Positions 20,900 to 29,769 of a stretch of DNA of 64,000 bases are shown in pieces. The stretch spans positions 456,466 through 520,465 of the forward strand of contig LBRL01000001.1 of assembly GCA_000991405.1 (NCBI GenBank), written 5' to 3'. The notes beneath the pieces are model-generated. The model saw nothing but the letters and a program-made list of their open reading frames with translations. It did not search any database and was not told the origin of the DNA. Position numbers and translations under genes: made by a program. The first letter of the stretch is position 1, and each line of letters opens with the position of its first letter. This DNA is from Candidatus Nomurabacteria bacterium GW2011_GWD2_36_14. GTDB lineage: Bacteria > Patescibacteriota > Minisyncoccia > Phycocordibacterales > UBA9973.

Positions 20900-21301
20900 A
20901 TGAAAAATACAATCATATCAATAATAATAGCTTCCACTCTTATAATTCTCGCAATTGTTTTTACGAGTGGGAAAAAGAGTACCCCAGAACAAAACATTCA
21001 AAATGAAACTATTGTAAACAATGTCTCTATTGTGGATGGAAAACAAATAATAGAAATAAAAGCAAAAGGTGGATATACTCCAAGAGTAAGTATTGCTAAA
21101 GCTGACACCCCTACCATACTACGATTCAATACAAATGGAACTTTCGATTGCTCTTCTTCGGTCAGAATTCCGAGTATGAACATTTCAAAATTTCTTCCAC
21201 AATCAGGTATCACAGATATCGACCTAGGTATACAAAAAACAGGCACCCTACAAGGCACCTGTGGTATGGGCATGTACCCATTTGAAATCGAATTTCAATA
21301 A
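20900..21301 (+). CDS. Cupredoxin-like domain protein
   Basis: GGYTP, DCSS, GTCGMGMY. Confidence 0.85.
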   Translation: MKNTIISIIIASTLIILAIVFTSGKKSTPEQNIQNETIVNNVSIVDGKQIIEIKAKGGYTPRVSIAKADTPTILRFNTNGTFDCSSSVRIPSMNISKFLPQSGITDIDLGIQKTGTLQGTCGMGMYPFEIEFQ

Positions 21302-21325
21302 ATAATTTATATAGTTATAAATAGT

Positions 21326-22696
21326 CTAGCAGTCTATCACTACTTGCTCGCCGGCTATTGGTGTATAAGCATTGACGCCAAGATTGTCTTTAAGTTTTTG
21401 AGCTAGAAACATTGCAGATTTCGGCTCTCCCATAAGTAAGAATATTTTCTTCACTGTATTTGCTGTGTCTGCTACGAACTCCACAAGATGGTCTGAGTCC
21501 TTGTGTCCAGAATAGCCACTGATCATTTCGACATGAGCTTTGACATGAATATCTTCGCCCATTATGTGTAGCTTCTTTGTACCATTTTGAATAGATCGTC
21601 CGAGAGTACCTACAGACTGGTAGCCAATAAGCAGTATGGTGTTGCTGGCATAAGGCAGATAATTCTTCTCATGATGTAGTATCCTTCCGCCATTACTCAT
21701 ACCGCTACCAGCCATGATAATCTTGGGGTCAGGAGCATGTAAGATGGCTTTCGATTCATCGGTTGTATCAGTCATTTTTAATCCAATGAAATTAAATATC
21801 TCATCGCCTCCTCTTATTATCTTTAAGGCTGTAGGATTAAAATACTTCTCGTACTTAGTATAAATAGCGGTAAGCTTTATAGCCAAAGGAGAGTCTAAGA
21901 ATATAGACATCTTGGGAATAAGATTCCACTCTACTAAAGTATTTATTTCATATAGTAATTCTTGTGTTCTCTCTAAAGAAAAAGTTGGTATTATAAGAGT
22001 GCCTTTCCTGTCATAGTTTTGCTTAATGATTTCCATTAATTTATTCTTCCTCTCATCACGGTCTTCATGATTCCTATCTCCGTAACAAGACTCCATAAAC
22101 AAATAATCCACATCTTTTATCTTCTCTGTATCGCGGAGTAAAGGTGATGGCGAATTCCCTAGGTCGCCAGTGAAGACAATCTTCCTATAATTATATATTA
22201 TCTCAAGCATTCCAGACCCAAGTATGTGTCCAGAATCTTTATAAGAAAATTGAAAGCCGTGATCCACGTTGAGCTTCTGTCCGTACTCTATAGTCTCCCA
22301 TAGACTTAGAGCCTTCTTGATATTCTCTGGGCTATATATCTCTGCCAAGTTATGATCCTCATCACGCGAAAGTAAGTGAGCTGTATCGGCTAGCATGACT
22401 TCTGTAATCTCTTTCGTGGGAATAGTAGAGATTATCCTACCGTTGAATCCTTCAGCTATAAGCTTGGGAATACGCCCTATATGATCGATATGTCCATGAG
22501 TGATGAAGAGGATATCTATAGTGGAAGCCTCATAAGGGAATTTGTCCCAGTTTAGATCCTCGGCAACCTTTTCGCCTTGGATAAGCCCACAGTCTACCAA
22601 GAACTTCTTGCCATTCCCCTCTATCAAAAAGTTGGCACCTGTGACAGTACCAGCACCAGAACAAAATGTAACTTTCAGTTTTGTATCATTATCCAT
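21326..22696 (-). CDS. MBL-fold beta-CASP ribonuclease (YSH1-like)
   Basis: THGHIDHIG, GHILGS, MESCYG, GSGMSNGGRI, SGHKD. Confidence 0.92.
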   Translation of the reverse strand: MDNDTKLKVTFCSGAGTVTGANFLIEGNGKKFLVDCGLIQGEKVAEDLNWDKFPYEASTIDILFITHGHIDHIGRIPKLIAEGFNGRIISTIPTKEITEVMLADTAHLLSRDEDHNLAEIYSPENIKKALSLWETIEYGQKLNVDHGFQFSYKDSGHILGSGMLEIIYNYRKIVFTGDLGNSPSPLLRDTEKIKDVDYLFMESCYGDRNHEDRDERKNKLMEIIKQNYDRKGTLIIPTFSLERTQELLYEINTLVEWNLIPKMSIFLDSPLAIKLTAIYTKYEKYFNPTALKIIRGGDEIFNFIGLKMTDTTDESKAILHAPDPKIIMAGSGMSNGGRILHHEKNYLPYASNTILLIGYQSVGTLGRSIQNGTKKLHIMGEDIHVKAHVEMISGYSGHKDSDHLVEFVADTANTVKKIFLLMGEPKSAMFLAQKLKDNLGVNAYTPIAGEQVVIDC

Positions 22697-22755
22697 CTTT
22701 TTATTATACACGAAGTATATAAAAAGTGGAATTCAAATAGCTCTTCTCAGTCTTT

Positions 22756-22837
22756 GTGAAGCAGGATTGTTAAAATTATTTATCTCGTAGGGCCCCTTTG
22801 GGGTAAAGAGGAAATAATTTTAATAATCCTGCGAAAC
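22756..22837. repeat. About 82-bp hairpin repeat, copy 1
   Basis: GTGAAGCAGGATTGTTAAAATTATTTATCTCGTAGGGC...GGGTAAAGAGGAAATAATTTTAATAATCCTGCGAAAC; near-identical copy at 29678. Confidence 0.85.
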
Positions 22838-22889
22838 ATATTACTTATAAATAAAAAATCCTTTCAAGTAAATGAAAGAATCTCTTATT

Positions 22890-23038
22890 AGGACTATCCG
22901 AAAGATATTACCATAGCATAACGCTAAGTGGGATTTGAGGATGAAGCAGATTTGTGAACATAATATTGTATACAGCACTGTCTCAAAACTCTATATCCCC
23001 TAAAAAATTGTTCTAGGTAATACAATTCAAATAACCCT
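22890..23038 (-). ncRNA. Candidate rod-shaped ncRNA (6S-like)
   Basis: Own promoter TTGCGC-17-TATAGT (23073-23045); 5' AGGGTTATTTGAA pairs with 3' TTCGGATAGTCCT; nested stems; terminator hairpin plus U-tract at about 22852-22882; no ORF. Confidence 0.6.
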
Positions 23039-23128
23039 ACTTAAACTATACTCGCGAGAGTAAAGAAGCGCAAGCCCCTACTCTAAATAAAGCACACCTT
23101 TGACAGTATTTCAATAAATATACTTAAT

Positions 23129-23773
23129 TCATATTGAAAAATCTTGTAATTTTTCCAAGTAAGGAACAATAGATTCATCATTTATATCTTCTGGTTTGAT
23201 TTTAGTGTGAGAAAAAATCTGTTTTTCTATTTCAAATAAATTTTTGTTAAAGAAAATTCTTTTTTCTTCATCAAACGCATGAGGATGATCTTCATACCTT
23301 TTTTTAGCATCTAAACTATGTTCTTCTACAGACACAACACCATGAGGTGACACCCGATTGTCCACATATGCACATATTTTTTTATTGAAATCATCTTCTA
23401 TTACTATTTTTTCTGCGACTGAAGCATCAATGCAATTTATAAGATCATAAATAGATGTAGATAATCCTAACTCTTTAGCAATTTCCAAACTTGCATGATG
23501 TTCATCGTTACCGTATTTAAGAATAAAATCATCTTTAACTCCTTGCCAGTATGCTGTACCTAGTGGTTCATTCCATTCTGGTCTCTGCTCAAGCTTGAAC
23601 TTAATAATATTGCCCATATCATGAAGAAGACAAGCTTTGATAACACTTTCCTTATCTACTTCTACATCTAAAGCTTCACAAATCTGCATTGCCACTCCTG
23701 CCACTCGCATTTGATGCATAGCAAGCATAGGCATAATATTGTATTCTTTATATATCTCTGTAATTTTTTTCAT
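23129..23773 (-). CDS. HD-domain phosphohydrolase
   Basis: HQMRVA, CLLHDMGN, YVDNR. Confidence 0.8.
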   Translation of the reverse strand: MKKITEIYKEYNIMPMLAMHQMRVAGVAMQICEALDVEVDKESVIKACLLHDMGNIIKFKLEQRPEWNEPLGTAYWQGVKDDFILKYGNDEHHASLEIAKELGLSTSIYDLINCIDASVAEKIVIEDDFNKKICAYVDNRVSPHGVVSVEEHSLDAKKRYEDHPHAFDEEKRIFFNKNLFEIEKQIFSHTKIKPEDINDESIVPYLEKLQDFSI

Positions 23774-23831
23774 CTCTTAGTTTTAGCATAAAACCACCCT
23801 AAGGTGGTTTTATGCTTCAGAACAAAATCTA

Positions 23832-24908
23832 TTAAAGTCCTAAAGCTTTTACTAACTGCTTTATCAAGCCTACTACAACTGGAGGAGGAAGGAAACTATA
23901 AGAATCTACTCCTTCGTCATCTTTAACAACCCATGATTCTTCAGTTACATCTACTTTTCCTGTCTGTTCGTTATATTTATATATATAACCTGGAGTAATT
24001 TCATAATCATCTACATCATTTATGCTACTAACAGGAATAGAATTTCGAAGAAGTATTTTAGGAACTCCATGCAAAGACATTACTTGCTTAATCAATTTAT
24101 CATCCAAGGTTAAACGGTCGCGAATACTTTCAATACCAGCATCGTCACCCTCCTTGCCTACCATTCTCTCTCCGTTACATTCTGGATTGTCACACTTTAG
24201 GAAATATTTACCAGTCTCTTTATCATAACCAACTTCTTTAGTTGGGAAAACTGTCAAATTTCTTGGAGCCTGACATTTAGGGCAAATGACACGATTACGC
24301 ATACGTTCATCAAGAACTGATTCTGGAATATTGATAGCAATAAACAAGTCAGGGTCAAGACGATAATCTGCTAAATCTCTAAAATAAAGTGAGTATTGAA
24401 CTTGATCTAGATCACGAGGGAAACCATCTATAAAGATAACTTTCCTATCAAACTTATTAATTTCTCTTTTCAATAAGGCGAGAATGAATTCGGTTGGGAG
24501 TAATACCTTTTGGTTTTTACCAACTAGGGCATCAATGGCCTCTTCTACAGAGATATATCCACGATAATGTTCCTCTAAATATTCAACGATATCTGCCTTT
24601 TTTTCAGGGTCAGCAATATCTTTATATATTTGGCGAACCAAGTCACCTACAGAAATATGTCCAATCTTGTCTGCGCCGAAAATTTCAGCCATTAATTTAG
24701 TATAAGTTCCCTTTCCTGAGTTCTTCTTACCAAGAAGATAGGCAATAAAGGTATTATCCTCTAAATACTTTTTAATTTTAGCAATTTCTGGACCTGCTTT
24801 TGCTTCAAAATAATCTTTCCTTTCCTCTGGATTTGTAAGATTAAATTTCTTAGTAACATTAGGCACTTTTGTTTTAATAATAGGGAAATCTGTTAACGGT
24901 CCTTTCAT
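23832..24908 (-). CDS. Extended nucleoside monophosphate (adenylate) kinase family protein
   Basis: GKKNSGKGT, HISVGDLVR, FIDGFPR..Q, zinc LID CPKC...CDNPEC. Confidence 0.8.
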   Translation of the reverse strand: MKGPLTDFPIIKTKVPNVTKKFNLTNPEERKDYFEAKAGPEIAKIKKYLEDNTFIAYLLGKKNSGKGTYTKLMAEIFGADKIGHISVGDLVRQIYKDIADPEKKADIVEYLEEHYRGYISVEEAIDALVGKNQKVLLPTEFILALLKREINKFDRKVIFIDGFPRDLDQVQYSLYFRDLADYRLDPDLFIAINIPESVLDERMRNRVICPKCQAPRNLTVFPTKEVGYDKETGKYFLKCDNPECNGERMVGKEGDDAGIESIRDRLTLDDKLIKQVMSLHGVPKILLRNSIPVSSINDVDDYEITPGYIYKYNEQTGKVDVTEESWVVKDDEGVDSYSFLPPPVVVGLIKQLVKALGL

Positions 24909-24966
24909 AATAATATATATAAATAATCTAATAAAGTACTGGCATTATATACTAAAAACCCATATA

Positions 24967-25003
24967 ACACAAAATACATAGGACGGTCCTATGTATTTTG
25001 TGT
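24967..25003. repeat. REP palindrome 1
   Basis: ACACAAAATACATAGGAC-G-GTCCTATGTATTTTGTGT, perfect 18-bp arms. Confidence 0.9.
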
Positions 25004-25567
25004 ATTTTTTGTTTGTTCTTCAAAGGTTAGAACTGAATATTCTTTTTCATTAATCCCATAATGTTTATAAATTTGCATAGTTGAACAACGAATATGTTCT
25101 CTCCAATTCAAATCGAGTTTAATTGCCATATTCTCAACTTCAGCCCAATTTCTTCCTTCTATTTCAAGATACGGTGGAATAAGGGGCCATTCATCAATAC
25201 AAAACTCGACTTCATCTAAAGTATATTTTAATCTTTTATTTTCTTCATAAAACTTTTCGATCATTCCTATGGAAAGTAAAATGTCGGCTGTTTTATTAAA
25301 ATCACTAACTATGATTTCTGTTTCATTCATTCCTAAATCGTTTAAATTTTCTCCAACTCCAAATCTTTTTTTATAAGATAAAGTAATCTGATCTCCTTCA
25401 TCTCTTAATCGAAGCCATGAATGATTAGACTCTAAGCTATCGTTTGGAAAATCAAAAACTCGACGACGATAAATAATATCAAAATTTTTCTTTGCTCCCA
25501 AAGATTCTAGTTTTTCAATAATTTTTTTAATATCAATTTCTAAAAATTTTGCCTCAATTTCTTCCAT
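24989..25567 (-). CDS. CYTH-domain protein (class IV adenylate cyclase-like)
   Basis: EIEAKF, WLRLRD, LSYKK, ENKR, YLEIEG. Confidence 0.88.
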   Translation of the reverse strand: MEEIEAKFLEIDIKKIIEKLESLGAKKNFDIIYRRRVFDFPNDSLESNHSWLRLRDEGDQITLSYKKRFGVGENLNDLGMNETEIIVSDFNKTADILLSIGMIEKFYEENKRLKYTLDEVEFCIDEWPLIPPYLEIEGRNWAEVENMAIKLDLNWREHIRCSTMQIYKHYGINEKEYSVLTFEEQTKNTQNT

Positions 25568-25604
25568 AAAAAGATTATACTATACTCTGCCTTAAAAAAC
25601 ATAT

Positions 25605-25623
25605 ACATAGGACGGTCCTATGT
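25605..25623. repeat. REP palindrome 2
   Basis: ACATAGGAC-G-GTCCTATGT immediately upstream of RAYT. Confidence 0.85.
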
Positions 25624-25637
25624 GATATAATGTTTAT

Positions 25638-26273
25638 ATGGGATTAAGAAGAACTCCCCTTGTTAGAGGAGAATATTATCATATTTATAATAGAGGAGTT
25701 GAAAAAAGAGAAATCTTTTTAGATAAAGAAGATTATTTTCATTTTTTAAAACTCTTATATATTTGTAATTCAAACAAAAGTATCACCCTTCGAAATATCA
25801 GCGATAATTTTGATCGTGGAGAAACTATAGTTGATATAGGCGCTTATTGTATAATGCCTAATCATTTTCATGTACTTTGTTATGAAAAAATAGAAAATGG
25901 CATTTCTACTTTTATGAAAAAATTATCAACTGCATATGCTATGTATTTTAATAAAAAATATATAAGAACAGGAATTCTTTTCCAGGGACGATTTAAATCT
26001 GAACATGCAAATACTGATGGATATTTAAAATATTTATATGCTTATATCCATCTTAATCCTGCAAAACTAAAAAATCCAAAATGGAAAGAAGACAAAACAC
26101 ACAAATCAAAAGAATTACTAATCTTTGTAAAAAAATATCCATATTCTAGTTTATATGAATATCTAAATAATAAAATTAAAATTACAAACCCAGCATCATT
26201 CCCTTCTTATTTCCCAAATATTAAATCTCATATTGATGATCTCTTTCAATGGTTATCAACACAAAATACATAG
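25638..26273 (+). mobile_element. REP-associated tyrosine (HUH/Y1) transposase, RAYT
   Basis: YYHIYNRG, YCIMPNHFH (HUH), LFQGRFKS, YIHLNP, YPYSS; flanked by palindromes. Confidence 0.92.
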
Positions 26274-26289
26274 GACCGTCCTATGTATT
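26259..26289. repeat. REP palindrome 3
   Basis: ACACAAAATACATAGGAC-C-GTCCTATGTATT overlapping the RAYT stop codon. Confidence 0.9.
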
Positions 26290-26296
26290 AAAGTTT

Positions 26297-26821
26297 TTAG
26301 TCGATATTCTCTACAATACTCGTCTTGTCGTGCCCTAATTCTTTAGCTCTTTTTACAGCTTTATTCATTAGGTAAACCCAATGATCATAATCCTTATTGT
26401 GATTTCTAGACATCCAACTGGTTAAAATTTCTTCATTTGTGTGCCATTCTAATTCAAAGTTTTCATGTTCTTCCAACTTAGTTTGCTGAGTTTTTTGACT
26501 ATTTAATATAACCAACAAGCAGGTTGCGTATGCTACACGAGGAACTTGCTTGTTGCTATTGAAGTAATGCGTCAAAACCTTATCAACCTTTTCAATATGT
26601 AAATAGTCCACTAGGCCACTCTCTTCGACAAGTTCTCTCAAGACTCCCGTCTCTTCATCTTCACCTTCATCGAATCCTCCTCCAAAGAGTCCTAATACTC
26701 CATTTTTCAAATTTCTATATACAGCGTACTTTTGTGTTTGTGGATCAAAAACAACAGAGCATCCACCATCGCGACGCTCTTCCCCTTCTCTCTTTATTCC
26801 AAACTCCAAAATTTCTTCCAT
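26297..26821 (-). CDS. NUDIX hydrolase
   Basis: GGGFDEGEDEETGVLRELVEESG Nudix box. Confidence 0.85.
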   Translation of the reverse strand: MEEILEFGIKREGEERRDGGCSVVFDPQTQKYAVYRNLKNGVLGLFGGGFDEGEDEETGVLRELVEESGLVDYLHIEKVDKVLTHYFNSNKQVPRVAYATCLLVILNSQKTQQTKLEEHENFELEWHTNEEILTSWMSRNHNKDYDHWVYLMNKAVKRAKELGHDKTSIVENID

Positions 26822-26827
26822 AATTTC

Positions 26828-29563
26828 TTACAAATTCCTATACTTCTCCATTATCTCTTCTTCTACTTCTTCACGAAGGCGACCGTACTTGAGGTACGAT
26901 AACTCCTTGATCTTATCAACTATTTCTGTATTACCCTTTGGAGTTAGGCTCCAGTGGGAAGTCATAGAAAATGGCTTCGTCGGTGTACCATTTACCAGCA
27001 TTGAGACATATGAATTGAAATTATCCAACTTCATAATATCTGTTGCTGTGAAAGTTGGCTTGAATCTTGGCTCTATGAAGCTCGCATCCTCGGTACTGAT
27101 TCGATAGATAGCCATCGAACCCACGTTTCCGAAGACAGCATTCTTAATACCCTCTTCAAGTTGAGAAATATACTGGTGAGCCACAGTCAAAGACAAGCGG
27201 TACTTACGAGCTTCAGAAAGTATTGAGGCTATTGAGTCCGTCGTGACATTTTGGAATTCATCGATATATAGATAGAAGTCATTCATTTTCTGCCCATACA
27301 TATCTACACGAGAAAGCGCCGCCATCTGAATCTTGCCGACAAGCAGAAGTCCTATTAGATTGGCATTTACTTCTCCAAGTCTACCTTTAGAAAGATTGAT
27401 CAAAAGTATCTTTTTATTGTCCATGATCTCACGGAAGTTAAAGGCTGACTTCTCCTGAAGCACCACTGGACGCATGATGTCGTTCGATATAAAGTTGTCG
27501 AACTTGGAAGTAATGTATGGCACGAAGTTGGCAATGGACTGGTCCCCTGTTGTCTTCTCGGCATTGGCCCAGAATTCTTTGACGATTGGGTTCTTGCATT
27601 TAGCACAAAGTGCATCTCGGTATTCCTTGTTGCCAAGTATGCGCGTGATATCAAGTAAGGTTGCATGAGCTTCTGGATCATCCATGGCTAGGAAGGCACT
27701 GTTCTTGAAATATTGTTCGAACATCGGACCGCCTGAAGTCTTCATATCAAAAAGTTTATTGAAGATACTCATAAGCTCGTTGACCACGAAAGTCTTCTGT
27801 TCAGGATACTTGGGATCATACTCAAGCATGTTGAGCCCCATAGGACGAGCTGTATAAGCAGGGTCAAAGTATATGACGTCATCAATACGCTCCTTGGGTA
27901 CATAACTCAAGATGTCTTGGATATCACTACCATGCGGATCAATAAAGCAACATCCCTCCCCGTTCTTAATATCCTGCGCAATCATATTCTTCAATATTGT
28001 AGTCTTACCTGTACCAGTCTGTCCTATGACGTACATATGACGCATACGATCTTCGCGACTCATACGTATCTCTGTATCCTTACCTCGGTAGCTATTGATA
28101 CCCAAGAGTATCCCCTCACTGCCCATCTCAAGAGGAGCTGGGGCAAAGCCGGCCTTAGCCTGCTTGAGCTGTGAAGATACCACTCCATTGGGAAAGTGAA
28201 AGACCGTTGCAAGCTCTTTCAGATTGAGTGGCATCGAGTAATTATCAGAGAAGGTTCGATAAGAGAAATCATGAATGAGATTCATTAGAGACGAACCCGT
28301 AGGATGATTAAAATTGAAACCATTCCTGTCTGACTCGGTGAATTGATTGAAGGAGGACTCTATTTCAGAGAGTATTTGTTTGGATCTACTTTCGTCTTCT
28401 GCTGAAGCCATGATACGGATGTTGGTAGCCATGATAGTACTCTTGAGCTTCTCGCCGATGTACTCAACAGCCTTATCATTTACCTTTTTCTCTTCTTTCT
28501 TTTTAGAAGCTCCAAAAAGTAATTCGGACGCCAAATTCTTAAATTCTTTCGTGACTTGGCGAGTCATACTAGAGGCTGTACGAACCGACATCCCATTCTT
28601 CACATCAGAGTGAATGATGTGAAACTTTCTGATAATGTCTTCGTCTTCAGGACAAATAGAGAATTGAATTGCCGCTCCTTCGCCTTCCTTCTTTAACTTC
28701 GTAAAGACATTGAGAATGATATTTAAAGGATCGTGGTCGATAGCATCATAAAGCTTGATAGGATAGACTTCATGATGAGCGAGAGTAGCATAAGAGGCAC
28801 TGATAGATGCATGCTCAGAGAAAATATTGTAATCATCTGGCACTTCTGTAACTTTTGCATCCAAGTTCACTCCGAGAAGTTGCTTCTCGAAAAGTTCTGC
28901 CTTATTCGTAGGTACCGCAACGTAGAATACAAAGCTATCAGATCCTTCAGAAAGAGCAATCTCTAGGGTAAAGTGATTCCTATTATAATTCTCTCTACCT
29001 TCCCCCACTGAGTGCATACCTGCATAGAATTGCTCCATGGCAGAAAGTAATTCTTTCAAACCCTTCTTTTCTTTATCGTTATCAGCTGCATCTGGAAGAG
29101 TAATTTCGAAAAGTTTCATATCTAGAGATTTGAAGAGGGGTGTACCTTCTTTAAGTCCAGGAACTTTGTGAGTTGTATACAAGTATTGAACAAGGAAACG
29201 ATGGAAGTCGTCATCTAGGTGAGGATTGTTCATTTTGGCAATAACAGAAAGAACGTTGGAAATACCTTTGTCTAGTAGTATTGCAAGCATTTCTTCCATT
29301 TTGGCATCATGACCTTCTGGATGTAACCTCAAAACCAAACTTTCAACTTCTTTTTTACCCATGACTGCACTTTTATGCATTACATCTTCTGGCTCATACT
29401 TTCTGTATTCATGGATTACATCATGAGCAAGCATTTCCTTATTGGCCTCCTTGCCTTGTTCTACCAAGGCCTTCTCTTTCTCTGCGATATGCGCACGCAA
29501 AAATTCTAACTCCTCTTGTGGAGTCTTAAATTTAGGAGCATTGTTCAAATTAAATCCTTCCAT
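26828..29563 (-). CDS. VirD4/TraD/HerA-FtsK-like ATPase (CPR-type)
   Basis: RHMYVIGQTGTGKT, IDPHG, YIDEFQN, LSEARKYRL...AHQY..QL. Confidence 0.85.
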   Translation of the reverse strand: MEGFNLNNAPKFKTPQEELEFLRAHIAEKEKALVEQGKEANKEMLAHDVIHEYRKYEPEDVMHKSAVMGKKEVESLVLRLHPEGHDAKMEEMLAILLDKGISNVLSVIAKMNNPHLDDDFHRFLVQYLYTTHKVPGLKEGTPLFKSLDMKLFEITLPDAADNDKEKKGLKELLSAMEQFYAGMHSVGEGRENYNRNHFTLEIALSEGSDSFVFYVAVPTNKAELFEKQLLGVNLDAKVTEVPDDYNIFSEHASISASYATLAHHEVYPIKLYDAIDHDPLNIILNVFTKLKKEGEGAAIQFSICPEDEDIIRKFHIIHSDVKNGMSVRTASSMTRQVTKEFKNLASELLFGASKKKEEKKVNDKAVEYIGEKLKSTIMATNIRIMASAEDESRSKQILSEIESSFNQFTESDRNGFNFNHPTGSSLMNLIHDFSYRTFSDNYSMPLNLKELATVFHFPNGVVSSQLKQAKAGFAPAPLEMGSEGILLGINSYRGKDTEIRMSREDRMRHMYVIGQTGTGKTTILKNMIAQDIKNGEGCCFIDPHGSDIQDILSYVPKERIDDVIYFDPAYTARPMGLNMLEYDPKYPEQKTFVVNELMSIFNKLFDMKTSGGPMFEQYFKNSAFLAMDDPEAHATLLDITRILGNKEYRDALCAKCKNPIVKEFWANAEKTTGDQSIANFVPYITSKFDNFISNDIMRPVVLQEKSAFNFREIMDNKKILLINLSKGRLGEVNANLIGLLLVGKIQMAALSRVDMYGQKMNDFYLYIDEFQNVTTDSIASILSEARKYRLSLTVAHQYISQLEEGIKNAVFGNVGSMAIYRISTEDASFIEPRFKPTFTATDIMKLDNFNSYVSMLVNGTPTKPFSMTSHWSLTPKGNTEIVDKIKELSYLKYGRLREEVEEEIMEKYRNL

Positions 29564-29677
29564 ATAGAAACATTATAACAACAAACGAGGAGCATAAGCA
29601 AATAAAGTAATCTTTAATTTGCTTAATGTCCGAGAGCTGTTTTTATATCGTAATCGATATATCATAAGAAACAAAAA

Positions 29678-29762
29678 GTGAAGTAGGATTGTTAAAATTA
29701 TTTATCTCGTAGGGCTCGCCTCTCTGGGTAAAGAGGAAATAATTTTAATAATCCTACGAAAC
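29678..29762. repeat. About 85-bp hairpin repeat, copy 2
   Basis: GTGAAGTAGGATTGTTAAAATTATTTATCTCGTAGGGC...GGGTAAAGAGGAAATAATTTTAATAATCCTACGAAAC. Confidence 0.85.
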
Positions 29763-29769
29763 GGAGATT

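Noticed and set aside
12350-23773. Genetic code 25 (TGA=Gly) as in Gracilibacteria
   Set aside because: Long conserved genes translate fully under code 11 and TGA terminates ORFs (e.g. 12757, 23129)
26828-29563. Conjugative element/ICE
   Set aside because: The VirD4-like ATPase is solitary; no relaxase, VirB4, integrase or att sites nearby; such genes are common chromosomal CPR genes
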